The notes: generated from the letters alone by a model not told the origin. Shown: positions 11,651-25,221, counted from the whole stretch's first letter. The stretch is 63,837 bases of DNA, filler included, from Reticulomyxa filosa (GCA_000512085.1; 21 parts of 21 records of this genome joined end to end with filler, not necessarily neighbours in it), one strand, 5' to 3'. Translations and numbers: made by a program.

Positions 11651-12846
11651 AAATTGGATTAGATATTATTTTTTTCGTTTAATTGGAGAAAGTAGACTGT
11701 CTGATTAAAAGGAAGATACAAATTTTCCAAGTTCGCTGCCAACTGAAATAACATCATACAAAATGCCAATTTTCTGGAATAAAATACAATTTTGTATTTT
11801 ATACATTTTGTGATTCAACAAACACCATTTATTGTAACCGATTTAACAAACTCAAAAGCGCTGGGACAAAGAGATTCTATCCAATTGAATCCATGATTTA
11901 AATAACAAAAAAATGAAGGTAATTCAAATGTCGAAATTGACATTTTCATTGTTTTTATTTATTTTTTCGAATTTGAGATGTGAATATATAGTAGAATGGA
12001 AAAAAAAGTCGATATCTAAAAATGGTATTGTACCTCCTAGTGACAATTCTCCATGAAGAAACAAAATTTATCAAAATTTTTGTTTAAAAAATCTATAGGT
12101 TATGTAGTTTTTATTTTTATTCCATATCTTTTTTTCAAAAATTTGGATCTTTATTAACACTTGCAGTTTTTGAAAAATTGAGAAAATATTTCTTGGTAAT
12201 TTTGTTGTATATTTCTAGTTTAAAACAACAAAGTTGAATGATCGAAAAATAACGAATATTCAAAATACTATTCATTTCAAACAAAAATTTACACATAAAA
12301 AAGTTGAAATTTTGGAAAATTAGAAAAGAATAAAATTCATATTTAAAAACTAACAACACTAATAATGTTTTTTGGATTTTTAAAGATCATGTAGTCTTTA
12401 AGATAACAGAACGGCAAGCTTGATATAAAAATGTTTGCGCGAATGAAATTTTTTTGACACGACTTAAGGTCAAGAATGAAAAAAACGTACAATAAACCAA
12501 CACCAAAAGAATACACTTACCACAAACACGTTTCAAACACAAATGAAAAAAACATAATTCGAAAAGTAAATAAATTAGCAAAACCCGAAGCGTGGTGCTG
12601 ATACACAGCAACGCAAAGATAACATTGCATCACAAAAGGAAGAAACGAAAATACACAAAGAAGAGCACACACACAAAAAGAAAAAATTACAAAGAGTAAG
12701 AAAAACACAAAAATAATTTGTTTTAAAAGAAGAAAAAAAAAAAGTTAATGGGATTCATCAAATTCATCAGTCGAACTGAAACGTGTATGTCGATGTTCGT
12801 GTCTACTGTAAGTGTGTAATACAAAAACAGTTGAATGTCAAAGTAT

Positions 12847-15006
12847 TTACATACTCTGCAAATCAAAACAGAAAAAAATAGAAACAAAAAAGCGTGTATT
12901 TTGTATAAATGAACGTAACATTCGTGAAGCATCTTGTGGTGTTGGAAGTTGTTTTTGGTTGGTATTCGTGGGATTTGTACTCTCCCTTTCCTGTAGTTGC
13001 ATATTGGAAGGAGTTGGCGCACTTATTTGGGCGTCTATTTCATCGTAGTGAGGTTGGTTCATATGTTCATAGTATCTTAGCACTTCTTTTTCTTTTGGAT
13101 CTCTCTGATCATCCACTGAAGTGTTTGTTCAAATGCCAAGCAAATTAGTGTCTCTTAACAGTAAAGAAATGAAATGAAATAAAAAATAATTAAATGAAAG
13201 AAATACGAAACATTTTGTTCGTTCCGGATCAGTGGTTGTGATAATGTCGGTGACAGAGATATCATCGCCAATGGGCCTTGGCAAATTCGGGTCCTCGAAT
13301 GTATGTGTGAGACTGCTGCCAGTGCGACTACTAAATCTTCGTTTGCGACTCGTGATGCCCTTTGCCTCTTCCTTGGCCGAGGGGTCATCAAACTGAAGCG
13401 CGGTGGAATCGGGTGTGTCTTTATATCGATGAATTGGGTCGCTTTGAATTGGAGCAATGTTGTCAGGTGGCGATGACGGGAAAGGCTGATTGTCTTCACT
13501 TTCACTTACCGATTTGGGAAGTTGAGACATTTTCTCTTCTTCGTCGTATTCTTCATTATTTTTCACATCCACTTCTGAGGGCATCGGCTTTTTAGGGACT
13601 ATTACTTTCTTCCCTCCCTGCGCTAGATCATCCGATGCATGTGGATTTGGCAAAAGAACTGGAGAACGGTGATTAAGTTTTTGATGTGGGACCCCTTTGG
13701 TGAATTGTTTTGAGATTGTCTTTGGTTTTTTTATTCCAAAAAAAAAAAAAAAGAGACAACAAAACCCAAATGTCTTGGTTTCTCAAGTTGTTCTGCAAGC
13801 CTTTGCGGGACATGTCCTGTGGGTTTTGAACGATCTCCAAGATTGGTAGCATCCTCAGGGGATAAAGCATCGAGCTGAAGTGAAATTTGCTCTTGCTCAC
13901 TGGACACGCGATGGGAAGAACGCGTTTGCTTGTCGGTTGGCTTGCGTTGGACGGGAGGTGGAATCGACTCCGTCGTTTGGAAAGGCTCTTGACTCGCAGC
14001 CTCGTCTCTCGTCGTGGCGATCAAGGTCGGCGTTTGCATATAGTTTGCACCCATCAACTCAGTGGGTTGGGCGGCGAATGTGGTCGCCGGCCAACCGACC
14101 ATTGGCATTTGCAAATGGGGGCCACTTTGGTATTGCGGGAAGTAAGGATGCGGATAAAGCATCATTTGTGGGATTGTCGTTGACGTCAGCTGTCCAGACA
14201 AGTATCCCGGCTGCGGCATTGACAACGTTGTCACGCCGGACATCACTGGGCCATGCATTGACTGCTCTTGCACTATTCGACTGCTCTTGCGTCTCTTTTC
14301 CAATGTTTTTTATAGTGTGTGTCACACTTGCAATAGCAAATCAAGTATTAAAAAAAGAGAGACAGAGAAAGAAGAAAGATGTATGTGTGTGTGTGCCTGT
14401 GTGTCACTGCGTTTTCGTGTATTGTCTTCGGAGAGAGAGGAGACAGAAGCAGAGGGAGAACAGAAGCGGTGGCAGTAGATTGGCCCATTTGCATGTGCTG
14501 CTCTTCATTGCTTTGCACGTGAATGGGCTGAGGTGGGCTAATCATTTGGAATTGTCCGGGATAAACAGCTTGTGACATTCCTATCCCACCACTTGCGGTG
14601 AGGAATGTAATGGGAGCGAGTGTGGCGTAGGCATTGGGATGTTGTGCCAATTCGTGTGATCTGTCGACGAAGCTCTTTTCTTTGTTTGAGAGACTTCTGT
14701 CTGACGTTGTCTCCGTGTCTTGCGTGTCTTTATCGTCTTCTTCTTCCTCTTCTTCCTCTTCTTCGTCACTATCTTCGTGGTCCTGCATCTCTTCTTCCTC
14801 CGTTCTCATGTCTTCCACACTCGTTTCATTGCCCTCGTATTCCTCGGTCTTGTTCAGTTTATTGTCTTCCTCTTCGTTTTGACTCTTTGCGATCTTTGCT
14901 TCTATATACTCCATCTCTTCGCTTTCGCTTTCACTTTCGTTTTCGTCCTCTTCTTCGTCTTCGAGCTCATATTCATAGTCTTCTTCTTCTTCTTCTTCTT
15001 CTTCTT
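12847..15006 (-). CDS. Multi-exon low-complexity hypothetical protein (acidic, then Q/P/S-rich), 5'-truncated
   Basis: GC-richer exon blocks (ORFs 14348-14914, 13731-14303, 13129-13653, 12847-13116) separated by AT-rich introns; no recognisable domain. Confidence 0.6.
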
Positions 15007-15106
15007 NNNNNNNNNNNNNNNNNNNNNNNNNNNNNNNNNNNNNNNNNNNNTTAATTAATTAANNNNNNNNNNNNNNNNNNNNNNNNNNNNNNNNNNNNNN
15101 NNNNNN

Positions 15107-15345
15107 AGATTATGGGCCGAGCTTTGGTAAGTATATGCTATTTTGACGATTAATAAAAATATGTGATTATTTTTAATTTGTTTGATTTTTTTTCATTTCA
15201 GGTCGTGCGGGGTACGACCTTACAATCGTCAAAAATTGTAGAAATAAAAAAAACTACTGCAAGCAACAAACATATGGATGCGTATTTGGTGGAATGAATA
15301 AAAAATTTATATAGTATATTTTTGTTTCACATGGTCCAATATTTA
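15107..15345 (+). CDS. 3' fragment of a possible TLDc-domain protein
   Basis: Splicing gtaag(15127)..tttcag(15201) gives 'DYGPSFGRAGYDLTIVKNCRNKKNYCKQQTYG', resembling the TLDc 'GP.FG...DL.I...C' motif. Confidence 0.4.
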
Positions 15346-16199
15346 AGTTTTCGTTTGTCTTTCATTTATTGGATTGAAAAAAATTTTTCGTCACTCAATA
15401 TCTCTGTTCTTGCTTTTGAAAATGTTATCCACATTTTGTGCTGAGTCCAAGAAATTTTGATTCCGATTTATTAAGCAAAAAATAAACGACAGCAAGTGCA
15501 CATGATATTATTTTATAACTTTGACACCAACATTAGCTTCGAGATTAGGGCTATTTATGTTGTCTCGAGCAGACCTGTCTTGGAATAACATTGGGTATTG
15601 CGCTCGTGTATTAACTTTAATGTTCCTTTTTTAGTTTAGTTGTTTCCCTTTCGTCATTCTCTTGTGTATCTAAAGTCTAGCCATCAAGATTGTATTTAAC
15701 AAAGCTTTATTTTAACATGATGGTACAAATAAAAATTAGATGTTATTGATGAATTTTTCAATAATCAAACACAAACAATCTTCAAGAAATATGCTTATAA
15801 GATTTTTTCTTTTAAAATTTTTTTAAAACTGTGGAGATTCTATCTTTTATAACTAAAGCTAAAAAATTACAAAATGTACAAACCAAATTTTGTTGTTTTT
15901 AAAAAAAAGTATTAGCACAACCACTGCAAAAAAAAAGACAGACACTTGCACACGGATCGACATTTCATCTTGCTTACTCAGCACAATGCAATGCCCTTCC
16001 ACTCGTTATCACACCATTGTCACTGTCTCAAAGTTTTTGCCGCGCTTCACTATCCTCGCCATTTGTTTGCAGAGGCAACTCCAATATCGCCAATGCAAAC
16101 ATCATTTTTGTCAGACAACTCGTAGGCAATGCAAAATACTGAGAAATTGCTTCATTGAGCTGTTCATTTTTTTAACATTTTCTTGTTTGTTTAGATAAA

Positions 16200-16776
16200 C
16201 ATTTCAATCGAACTGAGACTTCATAATGAAGGTTTGTATTCCATTGAATTACTAATTTACTTTTAAATATTGTATATCCAATATTCTCCAACTTTTTTCT
16301 TTTCAGTATTGCCATTTTTTATTAACATAGTGAATAAATATGGATTATTTGTCATCATTATCTTGCATTTTCAAAGGTATCCTTTGATACTGTAATTAAT
16401 CTTTTTTCATTACTTTTTATCATTTTTTCAACCATTTTACATGCTTTTACATTGCTTTTCTCCAATTTGAGTCCCAGAATTTCTTAAAACCTAAACTATT
16501 TATTATATTATTATCTGTCATTTCATCTTTTTTCTCTTCGTTGCGAATTCTATTCAAATTTGATACCCCTTTTGATTGATGTTTTTTAGTTTTTTCTTTT
16601 GGTAGTTGTTGAATGGGTTGATCTGCCTTCATGTCTTGATCACTATTGCTCTCTTGTTGATCAGTGTTACTGTCTTCACCTGTGCGTTCGTCTGTAATTT
16701 CTCTTGACGGGGTAATCAGCGTTTCAAATGGAACTGTGTGAGGAAATAGCACTATTTTGTCGTCATCTTCATTCAT
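16200..16776 (-). pseudogene. Hypothetical lineage-specific gene fragment, probably decayed
   Basis: ORF 16447-16776 ends 'GFKKFWDSNWRKA' at a gtaaa donor; downstream coding-like sequence is interrupted by stops. Confidence 0.35.
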
Positions 16777-17569
16777 TTCTACTGATCTTTTTTTAATACA
16801 ATATTATTATTATTGGGATAGTTTTTCAAAGGGCAACCAAGCTCAAAAAAAAGTTCTTTAAAATAAACCTTGTGTAATATGATTTTGGGACATTACTTTC
16901 AATGCAAAATTTTTATTGCGGTTCTACAGAATGTGTTATAATTTTTAAAAATTACATTTTTTCACGTTTCGTAAAAGAAAGAAGCCCCTGAAAAATCTTG
17001 GAACTTACACTCGAAGATTATAATCTCAATTTGTATGAGCATGTTAACACCACAAAGGTTGATATTAAAACATCACTAAGTTATCAATCCAAGGATAATG
17101 CTAGAGACAGCGCAAATAACTTGCGTATTTAGCACTTTCTTTGGATTTTTCTGTTAGAAAATAATGATATGCTATACCAGAAGACAAACAATAAATAATT
17201 CTATTGATTTTAAAAGGAATGAACCACGAAGAGAGAAGAACGTAGAAAAAATTAAAAAAGGGCAAGAAATTAATACGCCGTTTTTGGTAAAAATTCTACG
17301 ATGCGTTCTACTTTTTTAAAATTATATGAATCTGTCACAAAATATTTTGACTTTGTCAGATGACTCCTTTGTCAATACATAAAAAAAAAAAAAAATAGAC
17401 TGAAAAAAAAGTAAAAATGATTTTAAGACAATGGCATAGATTATCATTAATTAATNNNNNNNNNNNNNNNNNNNNNNNNNNNNNNNNNNNNNNNNNNNNT
17501 TAATTAATTAANNNNNNNNNNNNNNNNNNNNNNNNNNNNNNNNNNNNNNNNNNNNAAAAAAAAAAAAAG

Positions 17570-18928
17570 AACAAAGGAAATCGCATCCCCACACGTTTGC
17601 AAGAAGAGTTACGTGATCGATTGAATATATTGAAAGAAGAAGTGTTCAAAGTGGAAACGGAGAACATTCAATTGAGAATGAACATGTCGTCGGACCCACT
17701 GATGCAAATCCCGTACGAAGTGACGTTGTGTACGGTGGACATGCACACTGGCGGTGAGCCACTGCGCATCGTGGACGGACAGATGCTGCGTTTGCCCACG
17801 GAAGCCACACTGTTACAAAAACGACAATATATGATGAGTTATTTGGACCATTACCGTAAGATTCTCTTATGCGAGCCTCGTGGCCACTTTGACATGTACG
17901 GATGCATCCTCACTCCTCCGGACGACAGCAGCGTCGCCGACTTTGGCTGATTTTCATGCACAACAGTGGGTACTCGAGCATGTGTGGACATGCCATCCTC
18001 GCCCTGGGCAGATATGCCGTCGACTTTGGCGCGTACCATTGCAAGCCCATTGACGACCCACATTTCCAAGGCGAGCAATTGGTGCGCATTCAAGTCCCTT
18101 GTGGTATCGTTCACGTTCGCGTTGAAGTAAAAGCCGGAAAATCAAGTGGTCGTGTTAAATTCCTTAGCGCCCCTGCTTGGGCTGAGCTTACTAAATTTGT
18201 TTAGAATTTTAATATAAATATAAATATAAATATAAATAAATGTATATACATATATATATATATATATATTTGTATATATTTGTATATTTTGATATAATTT
18301 ATATTTATATAAATTAATAGATAATGAGTATGGAACAATATGGACGTATTGAAGTCGATGTTGGATATGGAGGAACTTATTACGTTATTGTGCCTGCCAC
18401 TCGATTTAATTTGGATGTCAAAAAAGCACCTTTGGACGATTTGATTAATTTGGGCATGACTCTTAAACATTTTGCAGAAAAAAATTAGCTCTTACTAATC
18501 CCGATAGTAAAGATTTGGAGTTTGTTTATGGTACTATTTTAACAGATGGTGTGGATGAAGGTCCTACTGCTAATGTCACTATTTTTGCAGATCGACAGGT
18601 TATAATGAAATTTTTTTGTTTATTGATAATATTCATATTGAAATTTGTTTGCTTGTTGTATATAAAGGTTGATCGATGTCCAACTGGATCAGGTGTAATT
18701 GCTCGTATGGCTGCAGATTATGCAAAAAATAGAATTAAACCTGGTGTGAAAAGAGATTTTATTGGACGTACTGGAAGTGTGTTTACTGGAGAAATTAAAG
18801 AAGAACTTATTTATAAAGAAAAACGTGCTATTCAAGTTGAAGTAAGTGGACAATCCAATTATCTTGGAAGAAGTACTTATTATTTGGAGAAAGGAGATGA
18901 ATTAGGAAGGGGATTTTTTGTTAGATGA
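17570..18928 (+). CDS. L3HYPDH: Trans-L-3-hydroxyproline dehydratase (proline racemase family), 3 visible exons, one frameshift at ~17948
   Basis: 'VDMHTGGEPLRIV', 'EPRGHFDMYG', 'MHNSGYSSMCGH', 'DVGYGGTYY', 'YGTILTDG', 'DRCPTGSG' (Cys/Thr catalytic pair typical of the dehydratase). Introns 18199-18320 and 18599-18667. Confidence 0.88.
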
Positions 18929-19201
18929 AAAATATTTTTTTAAAAAAAAAAAAATCATCATTATGATTACAATTACACTTGATCGTATGTATCTCAAATA
19001 AGTGAACATTTTTATTATTATTTATTTTTTTACTTCAAGAATCTCACAATTTTCTTCGACTGCCTTTTATGAGAGGAAAAATCAGAGAGAGTACGGAATA
19101 GTTGAATTAATCTTGCAAAAAACAAATTTTTAATTTCAAAAAAAAAACAAAACTTCATGCACACAAAAAATTAAAAAATAACTCACAAAACATAAATAAA
19201 A

Positions 19202-19456
19202 TCACCACCGTACAGGTCGCGGAAAGTATTTTTCAACAATAGGTTTGTAATAATCAGCAACCTCAGTGAGTGTTGGACATTCACGTGATTTAGAATACAG
19301 ATCACACTTTTGAAATTTTTTGACCCATTTCAAATACTCAAGATCTTTTTCATCGCACAAGTGCATATATCCATGCTTGTTGTGCCAAGGGTAAAATGAA
19401 TGAAATCGAAGTAAATACAAAGCCACTTGAGGTAATGTACTTTGATCTTTGGCAAT
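19202..19456 (-). CDS. MIOX: myo-Inositol oxygenase, last exon
   Basis: 'STLPQVALYLLRFHSFYPWH...FQKCDLYSKS...YYKPIVEKYFP...W*' matches the MIOX C-terminus. Confidence 0.92.
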   Translation of the reverse strand: MAKDQSTLPQVALYLLRFHSFYPWHNKHGYMHLCDEKDLEYLKWVKKFQKCDLYSKSRECPTLTEVADYYKPIVEKYFPRPVRW

Positions 19457-19485
19457 CTTTTTTTTTTTTTTTTTTTTTAAAAAAA

Positions 19486-19522
<37 letters not shown>

Positions 19523-21619
19523 NNNNNNNNNNNNNNNNNNNNNNNNNNNNNNNNNNNNNNNNNNNNTTAATTAATTAANNNNNNNNNNNNNNNNNNNNNN
19601 NNNNNNNNNNNNNNNNNNNNNNAATTAAAAAAAATAACGTAAACCCTAAAGTAAACTTACACATTGCATTAGATACTACGCAGTCTCTTAATGAAATAAA
19701 CATTACTTTGAAGCCATATGTGAAGATCTTTATGCTTTCTTTGTTAATTCCAATTGATTGCTCCTACTACACGTATTTCGTTCATGTGCTTCGTTATAAG
19801 TATCGTCCCCGCTTATTTCTGAATAATCAAGTTCTATTAGCAATTAACACCTAATTGAATACGTTCAATAATAACACAAACGCAAAATTTACACCTTTAC
19901 ACAATTCCAAAATAAAAAAAACCATTTTGTTAATAATTAGATGCTGTCTTCATTTGAAATATTTTTAAAAATATCAAAACGATCAACGCAAATTGTCCCG
20001 TAACAAAAACAAAATTTAACAATTATGTAACCAACGTTGAAATTACTTCTTAAACAAAAAAAATGCAAACACATCACCAAATTCAACTTTGTAACATAGC
20101 AACATTTTTTCACCAATTGATTGACAAAAGTTTGTTCTAACGTCCTGACATAATTTGGAAGCTTCAATTTTATTTTTCATTTTTTATGTTTTATTTTTCG
20201 TAAGTTTTGATATGCACTTTTCATTCTCTTTTCAATTAAAAAACCCAACTTTTTTTGAAGATATTTTGGAAAGAGTAACAAATAAGCTGTTCAAATGATT
20301 TGTAGGTTTTGGGATTCTCAATAGTCATGCATAAGAAGTCATTTTCCCGGAAGGCTTCGTTATAGAGTTGCAAACTGAAAAAGTGAAAACAGTTTTTTGC
20401 ATTATTTTTATGTTTTTGTAATATTTGTTATTTATAAACAAATGGAAAATAACACAAAAATATGAAAAAAAAAGGATGAATTAAAAGAGATGAATTTGAA
20501 AAGTGTCACAGAAATTCAATAACTTAATGTGCAAAGTTTTATTTAAATATTTATTTGATTTCAATTTATTAATGCTTGAATCGTCGAATAAAATAGAAAA
20601 AAATCGATGCTTTACAACATGAATCTGTGAAAAAAGATGCAAAAATAATTGAATTGACAAATGACATCAACAAGTGAAATCAGCATCAAAAGTCAAATTA
20701 TCAATATGTGATTCATTTCAGATAAGACATTTTTTAGTTGCCCTAATTGTAAAAAAAAAACAGTTATTTAATTATTTATATCGCATTACCAAAGTTTTAT
20801 AATAAATCTAATGAAAATCAAGTCATTTTCAAGATTTGCAATGGGACAGGTTAAAAAGAGATAGTGAATGTTATTCGTAGAAATATTTTCATTTGTGTTA
20901 TTGGATTTGATGAAATATTTAAAATCAAATCGTAACAAATAAAATGACAAATGAATATATGACGTAATTTCATTTTTACAAACAAATTATTAAATCTTTT
21001 AAATGAATTTGCATAATTTGTTTTAGGATAATAGTCGTAAATATGTTCAATTTTTTCATATTTGATTGAAAAGAAGATTGAAAATCCCTCTTTTTTTATT
21101 TTCGGGAAACATCATCCTATCTTCGAGTATTCAAATTTGTTCAATTATTTCAAGGTAATTCATGAAAACATATCATTTGTGTAATTTATGGAATTATGTT
21201 TACACAGTTTTAATGTTTCAAATTTTTACTCTTCGAGTTTAGCAAAGCAATAGCCAATTTAAAAATAAGAAACAAACGCATTCAAAGAATAAAAGTTGTG
21301 TTAAATTAAACCTCTTATTTCGACATCGAGGTCCCTTTTTGTTTTCAAACATTCTTTACAACTACAAAAACAGTTGAACAACTGTTTTCAAAGATTTTGT
21401 TAAAAACCTTTGAAAAAAAACTTGTAATATATGTGCACGCTCAGTTTTGGACAAGTTCTTTTAAAAAATTTCTATCTTCACTGAAAAAGAAATCACATAT
21501 ACTGTTAAAATCCGTTTTTCATATCGACAAACATATTTTTGAAAACCCCTTTCGTTACCCTTGAAAAAAAAAAAAGCTCATTATCATCATTAAAAACGAT
21601 CTTAACCAAAAAAAACAAA

Positions 21620-22086
21620 ATGACAACTCTTGGCAATGGGAAGCGAACTTCAACACAATTAGCGTTGGTAAGCTTTATTGCAAGCTTTCAGAAAGTCTGT
21701 CGCCTTTTTTATTGTTTTATTTACGTATACAATTTGTGATTTAACAGTCTGAAGAAGAAAGGATTCAAGTAATTGTGCAACATTGGGTTAGAATATTAAA
21801 AATCAAATTAGGATGGATTAATGAGTTTGACAAAATTATTGTCAATTATGTTAGTTCATTTGTTCTTTTTTTTTTTACAAATCAAAATATTCAAATGTTT
21901 ATTTAACATAGGTATCTGCTGTCTTCATGTTTGAGACATTTCGTTTATCATCCAAATTAATCAATACATTCACTGGGCATACAGACGCTGTGTGGAGCAT
22001 TGATTACTCAACCTTTGATGATTGTCAGTTCATTTGTTCTGGATCATATGATAAAACAGTTCGCTTGTGGGACGTTGATAACAACA
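21620..22086 (+). CDS. WD40-repeat protein, 5' part, with N-terminal KIKLGW-module exon
   Basis: Exons 21620-21667, 21748-21849, 21912-contig end; WD repeat 'FTGHTDAVWSIDYS...ICSGSYDKTVRLWDV'. Confidence 0.9.
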
Positions 22087-22186
22087 NNNNNNNNNNNNNN
22101 NNNNNNNNNNNNNNNNNNNNNNNNNNNNNNTTAATTAATTAANNNNNNNNNNNNNNNNNNNNNNNNNNNNNNNNNNNNNNNNNNNN

Positions 22187-22223
22187 GGTCGGAAACGAAG
22201 AAGGCGGAGCGGCGGTGCGGCAT
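22187..22223 (-). CDS. ppsR: PEP synthase regulatory protein (kinase/pyrophosphorylase, DUF299), N-terminus only
   Basis: 'MPHRRSAFFVSD' matches the family N-terminal 'F.VSD.TG.TA'; AGGA RBS upstream; divergent from ppsA, the conserved arrangement. Confidence 0.75.
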
Positions 22224-22328
22224 GGCAGATCCTGTAATGCGGGTTGTTGGGCTGTCAGCAGTCTGTGCCGTTTTAGCGGCGACGGCAAGCAGCCAGATCA
22301 ATGCCGTGCCTGTAGCACTGGCCGGCAT

Positions 22329-22346
22329 TGTAGTGCCGCTATTACA
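22329..22346. promoter_or_regulatory. Imperfect palindrome TGTAGT-N6-ATTACA in the ppsR-ppsA intergenic region (possible HexR-type operator)
   Basis: Arms resemble TGTAAT/ATTACA, but the spacing appears longer than the usual consensus. Confidence 0.25.
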
Positions 22347-22509
22347 TTTCTTCCTTGGAAGTCATGGGGATACACAATATTTTTTATCCAGTGTGCTGAT
22401 AATTCAGGGAAAGCCCTGTGTTGTGCGATGCAAAAGTAACTACGCAAAGCGGGTCTTGTTCGGCTAGAATGCGGGCTTCCCTATCGTCCAATCCAACACA
22501 GGAAGTGAA

Positions 22510-23987
22510 GTGATGGCAGAGAACTACGTCATCTGGTTCGAGAACCTGCGCATGACCGATGTCGAGAAAGTAGGCGGCAAGAACGCCTCCCTCGGCGAAA
22601 TGATCAGTCAGCTGGCCCATTCCGGGGTGCGCGTTCCGGGCGGTTTTGCTACTACAGCAGATGCCTACCGGGATTTCCTCCAGCATAATGGTCTGGCTGA
22701 CCGCATCAATGCGGCGTTGTCGAAGCTTGATATTGACGACGTCACGGAGCTGGCCCGTGTCGGCAAAGAGATCCGTCAATGGATCATCGACACGCCTTTC
22801 CCGGCCAAACTTGATGAAGACATCAAGACCGCCTGGGAAAAAATGGTCGCCGACGCCGGCGGCGCCGACATCTCCGTAGCAGTCCGCTCCTCTGCAACCG
22901 CAGAAGACCTCCCCGATGCCTCGTTCGCAGGCCAGCAAGAAACCTTCCTGAATATCCGTGGCCTTGACAATGTCAAAGACGCCATGAAGCACGTATTCGC
23001 TTCCCTGTACAACGACCGCGCCATTTCCTACCGCGTACACAAAGGCTTTGCCCACGATGTGGTGGCACTGTCTGCCGGTGTACAGCGCATGGTGCGTTCC
23101 GACAGCGGCGCTGCGGGCGTGATGTTCACCATCGATACCGAATCCGGCTTTGAAGACGTGGTGTTCATCACCTCGTCCTACGGCCTGGGCGAAACGGTGG
23201 TGCAAGGTGCGGTGAACCCGGACGAATTCTACGTTCACAAGCCGACGCTGAAAGCCGGCCGTCCTGCCATCCTGCGCAAGACCATGGGCTCCAAGCTGAT
23301 CAAGATGGAATTCACCGACGCGTCGCAAGCCGGCCGTTCCGTGAAAACCGTGGACGTGGCCGAAGACCTGCGCAAGCAGTTCTCGATCACCGACGCCGAA
23401 GTGGCCGAACTGGCCCAGTACGCGCTGATCATCGAAAAACACTACGCCCGCCCGATGGATATCGAGTGGGGCCGCGACGGCCTGGATGGCAAGCTGTACA
23501 TCCTGCAGGCGCGTCCGGAAACGGTGAAGTCGCAGGAAGACCGCAAGGACACCCTGCGCCGCTACCGTCTGAAAAACACCTCCACCGTGCTGTGTGAAGG
23601 CCGTGCCATTGGTCAGAAGATCGGCCAGGGTACCGTGCGCATGATCAAGGACGCGTCCGAGATGGATCAGGTCAAAGCCGGCGACGTGCTGGTTACCGAC
23701 ATGACCGACCCGGATTGGGAGCCGGTAATGAAGCGCGCTGCCGCGATCGTGACCAACCGTGGCGGCCGTACCTGCCACGCGGCCATCATTGCGCGCGAGC
23801 TGGGCATTCCGGCGGTAGTAGGTTGTGGCGACGCCACCGACCTGCTGCAGGATGGCATGCAAGTGACCGTTTCCTGCGCCGAAGGCGACACCGGCAACAT
23901 CTATGATGGCCTGCTGGACGTGGAAATCATCGAGCTCGAACTCGACAAGATGCCGAAGTCGCCGGTGAAGATCATGATGAACGTGGG
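22510..23987 (+). CDS. ppsA: Bacterial phosphoenolpyruvate synthase, 3'-truncated
   Basis: '[11 protein letters not shown]', '[26 protein letters not shown]', 'DIEW', 'ILQARPETV', '[21 protein letters not shown]'; GC-rich, intronless, RBS 'aggaag'. Confidence 0.98.
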
Positions 23988-24106
23988 NNNNNNNNNNNNN
24001 NNNNNNNNNNNNNNNNNNNNNNNNNNNNNNNTTAATTAATTAANNNNNNNNNNNNNNNNNNNNNNNNNNNNNNNNNNNNNNNNNNNNTTTTTTTTTTTTG
24101 GAAGAG

Positions 24107-25221
24107 AAACACTTTTTTGAATTTTTTTATGATTAAAGATGTAATTCACGTGTTAATGGGCTATTTGTCCAGAATGCCTGGAGCGGTAACAACTTGGCAG
24201 AAAAATATAAAAATTGATTATGATCTTGTCATACCACCTACTAGAAGTCTGTCCTCAGAAGAAAATTCTGAAATTAGTGCTGCTCAATTGTATGATCTTT
24301 TTTTTTATTGATTGCGTTTCTAATGGTGTAACATTATGTACCGTACATAATGGATAGATCGTACTCATTGATACGTATGCTCTCGAGTGAACAAGCAGCA
24401 GAAACAGTGAGAGCATTTTTGTTGCGAAAGTGCAATGAAATTATACTGCACTCGTTAGCTGCGTTTCATCCGCTATCCAAAGGCAATGCCTACCACGGGC
24501 GAGTGGTTTTGGAGATCGTACTTGCTGCTTGGCCTAAAACGTTTTTCCTCAATTTGACCAATGAAGAGGATTTGCAACGTTTCGTTTTTTTTTTTTTTGT
24601 TTTTATACGCATAAAAACAAAAATTCAATTCCGTGAGTGCTTTTTTTTCTAGTGCTAACAAAGAACGCTTTATTCCGTAACTTGCATCAAGGCAACATGA
24701 ACAGTTTTTTTATTGATTTAATTTGCTTCAAACCAACAGAAAAAATTGATGATTTACAGCCTGTCAAGGTTTTTTTTATTTTTACATTTTTTTTTGTAGT
24801 GTTTCTTATACGAACAAATCTCTATAAAAAATCGTAGGAAAAATGGCTGAATAAATTGCGAGAGTGGCATTTTATGGAATACTTAATGGACGTGTCTTCA
24901 TCGAATAAACATGGAGACGACATCGCAACCAAATATGCAACATTTTTTATTGATTTGGTTGCTCGGTCGGCCTCCATCGACGAAGCGGCGACTTTGTTTT
25001 ACGACCATGAAGAGGTCATTGTAGACGCTTTGGTGAAAGCACTTTTGGATGAAGACAATACTAGGACATTATGGCAACGCATCATCTGTGGACAAACTTT
25101 GGTACAATTCTTGGACATATGCTCACGACCAACCATTATCAACCCTGCTCAAGCGTATGCTGACATGTTGGGATTAGTGCCCCCTGATCCTTCACAAAAC
25201 CTGTTGCATCAAATGTTTGAT
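24107..25221 (+). CDS. Multi-exon helical-repeat protein, possibly SAPS/SIT4-associated-like (partial)
   Basis: Exons ~24107-24288, 24357-24579, 24652-24768, 24838-25221 with GT-AG introns; amphipathic helices; the SAPS resemblance is tentative. Confidence 0.4.

Noticed and set aside
22384-23862. 492-aa antisense ORF
   Set aside because: Shadow of GC-rich ppsA codon usage.
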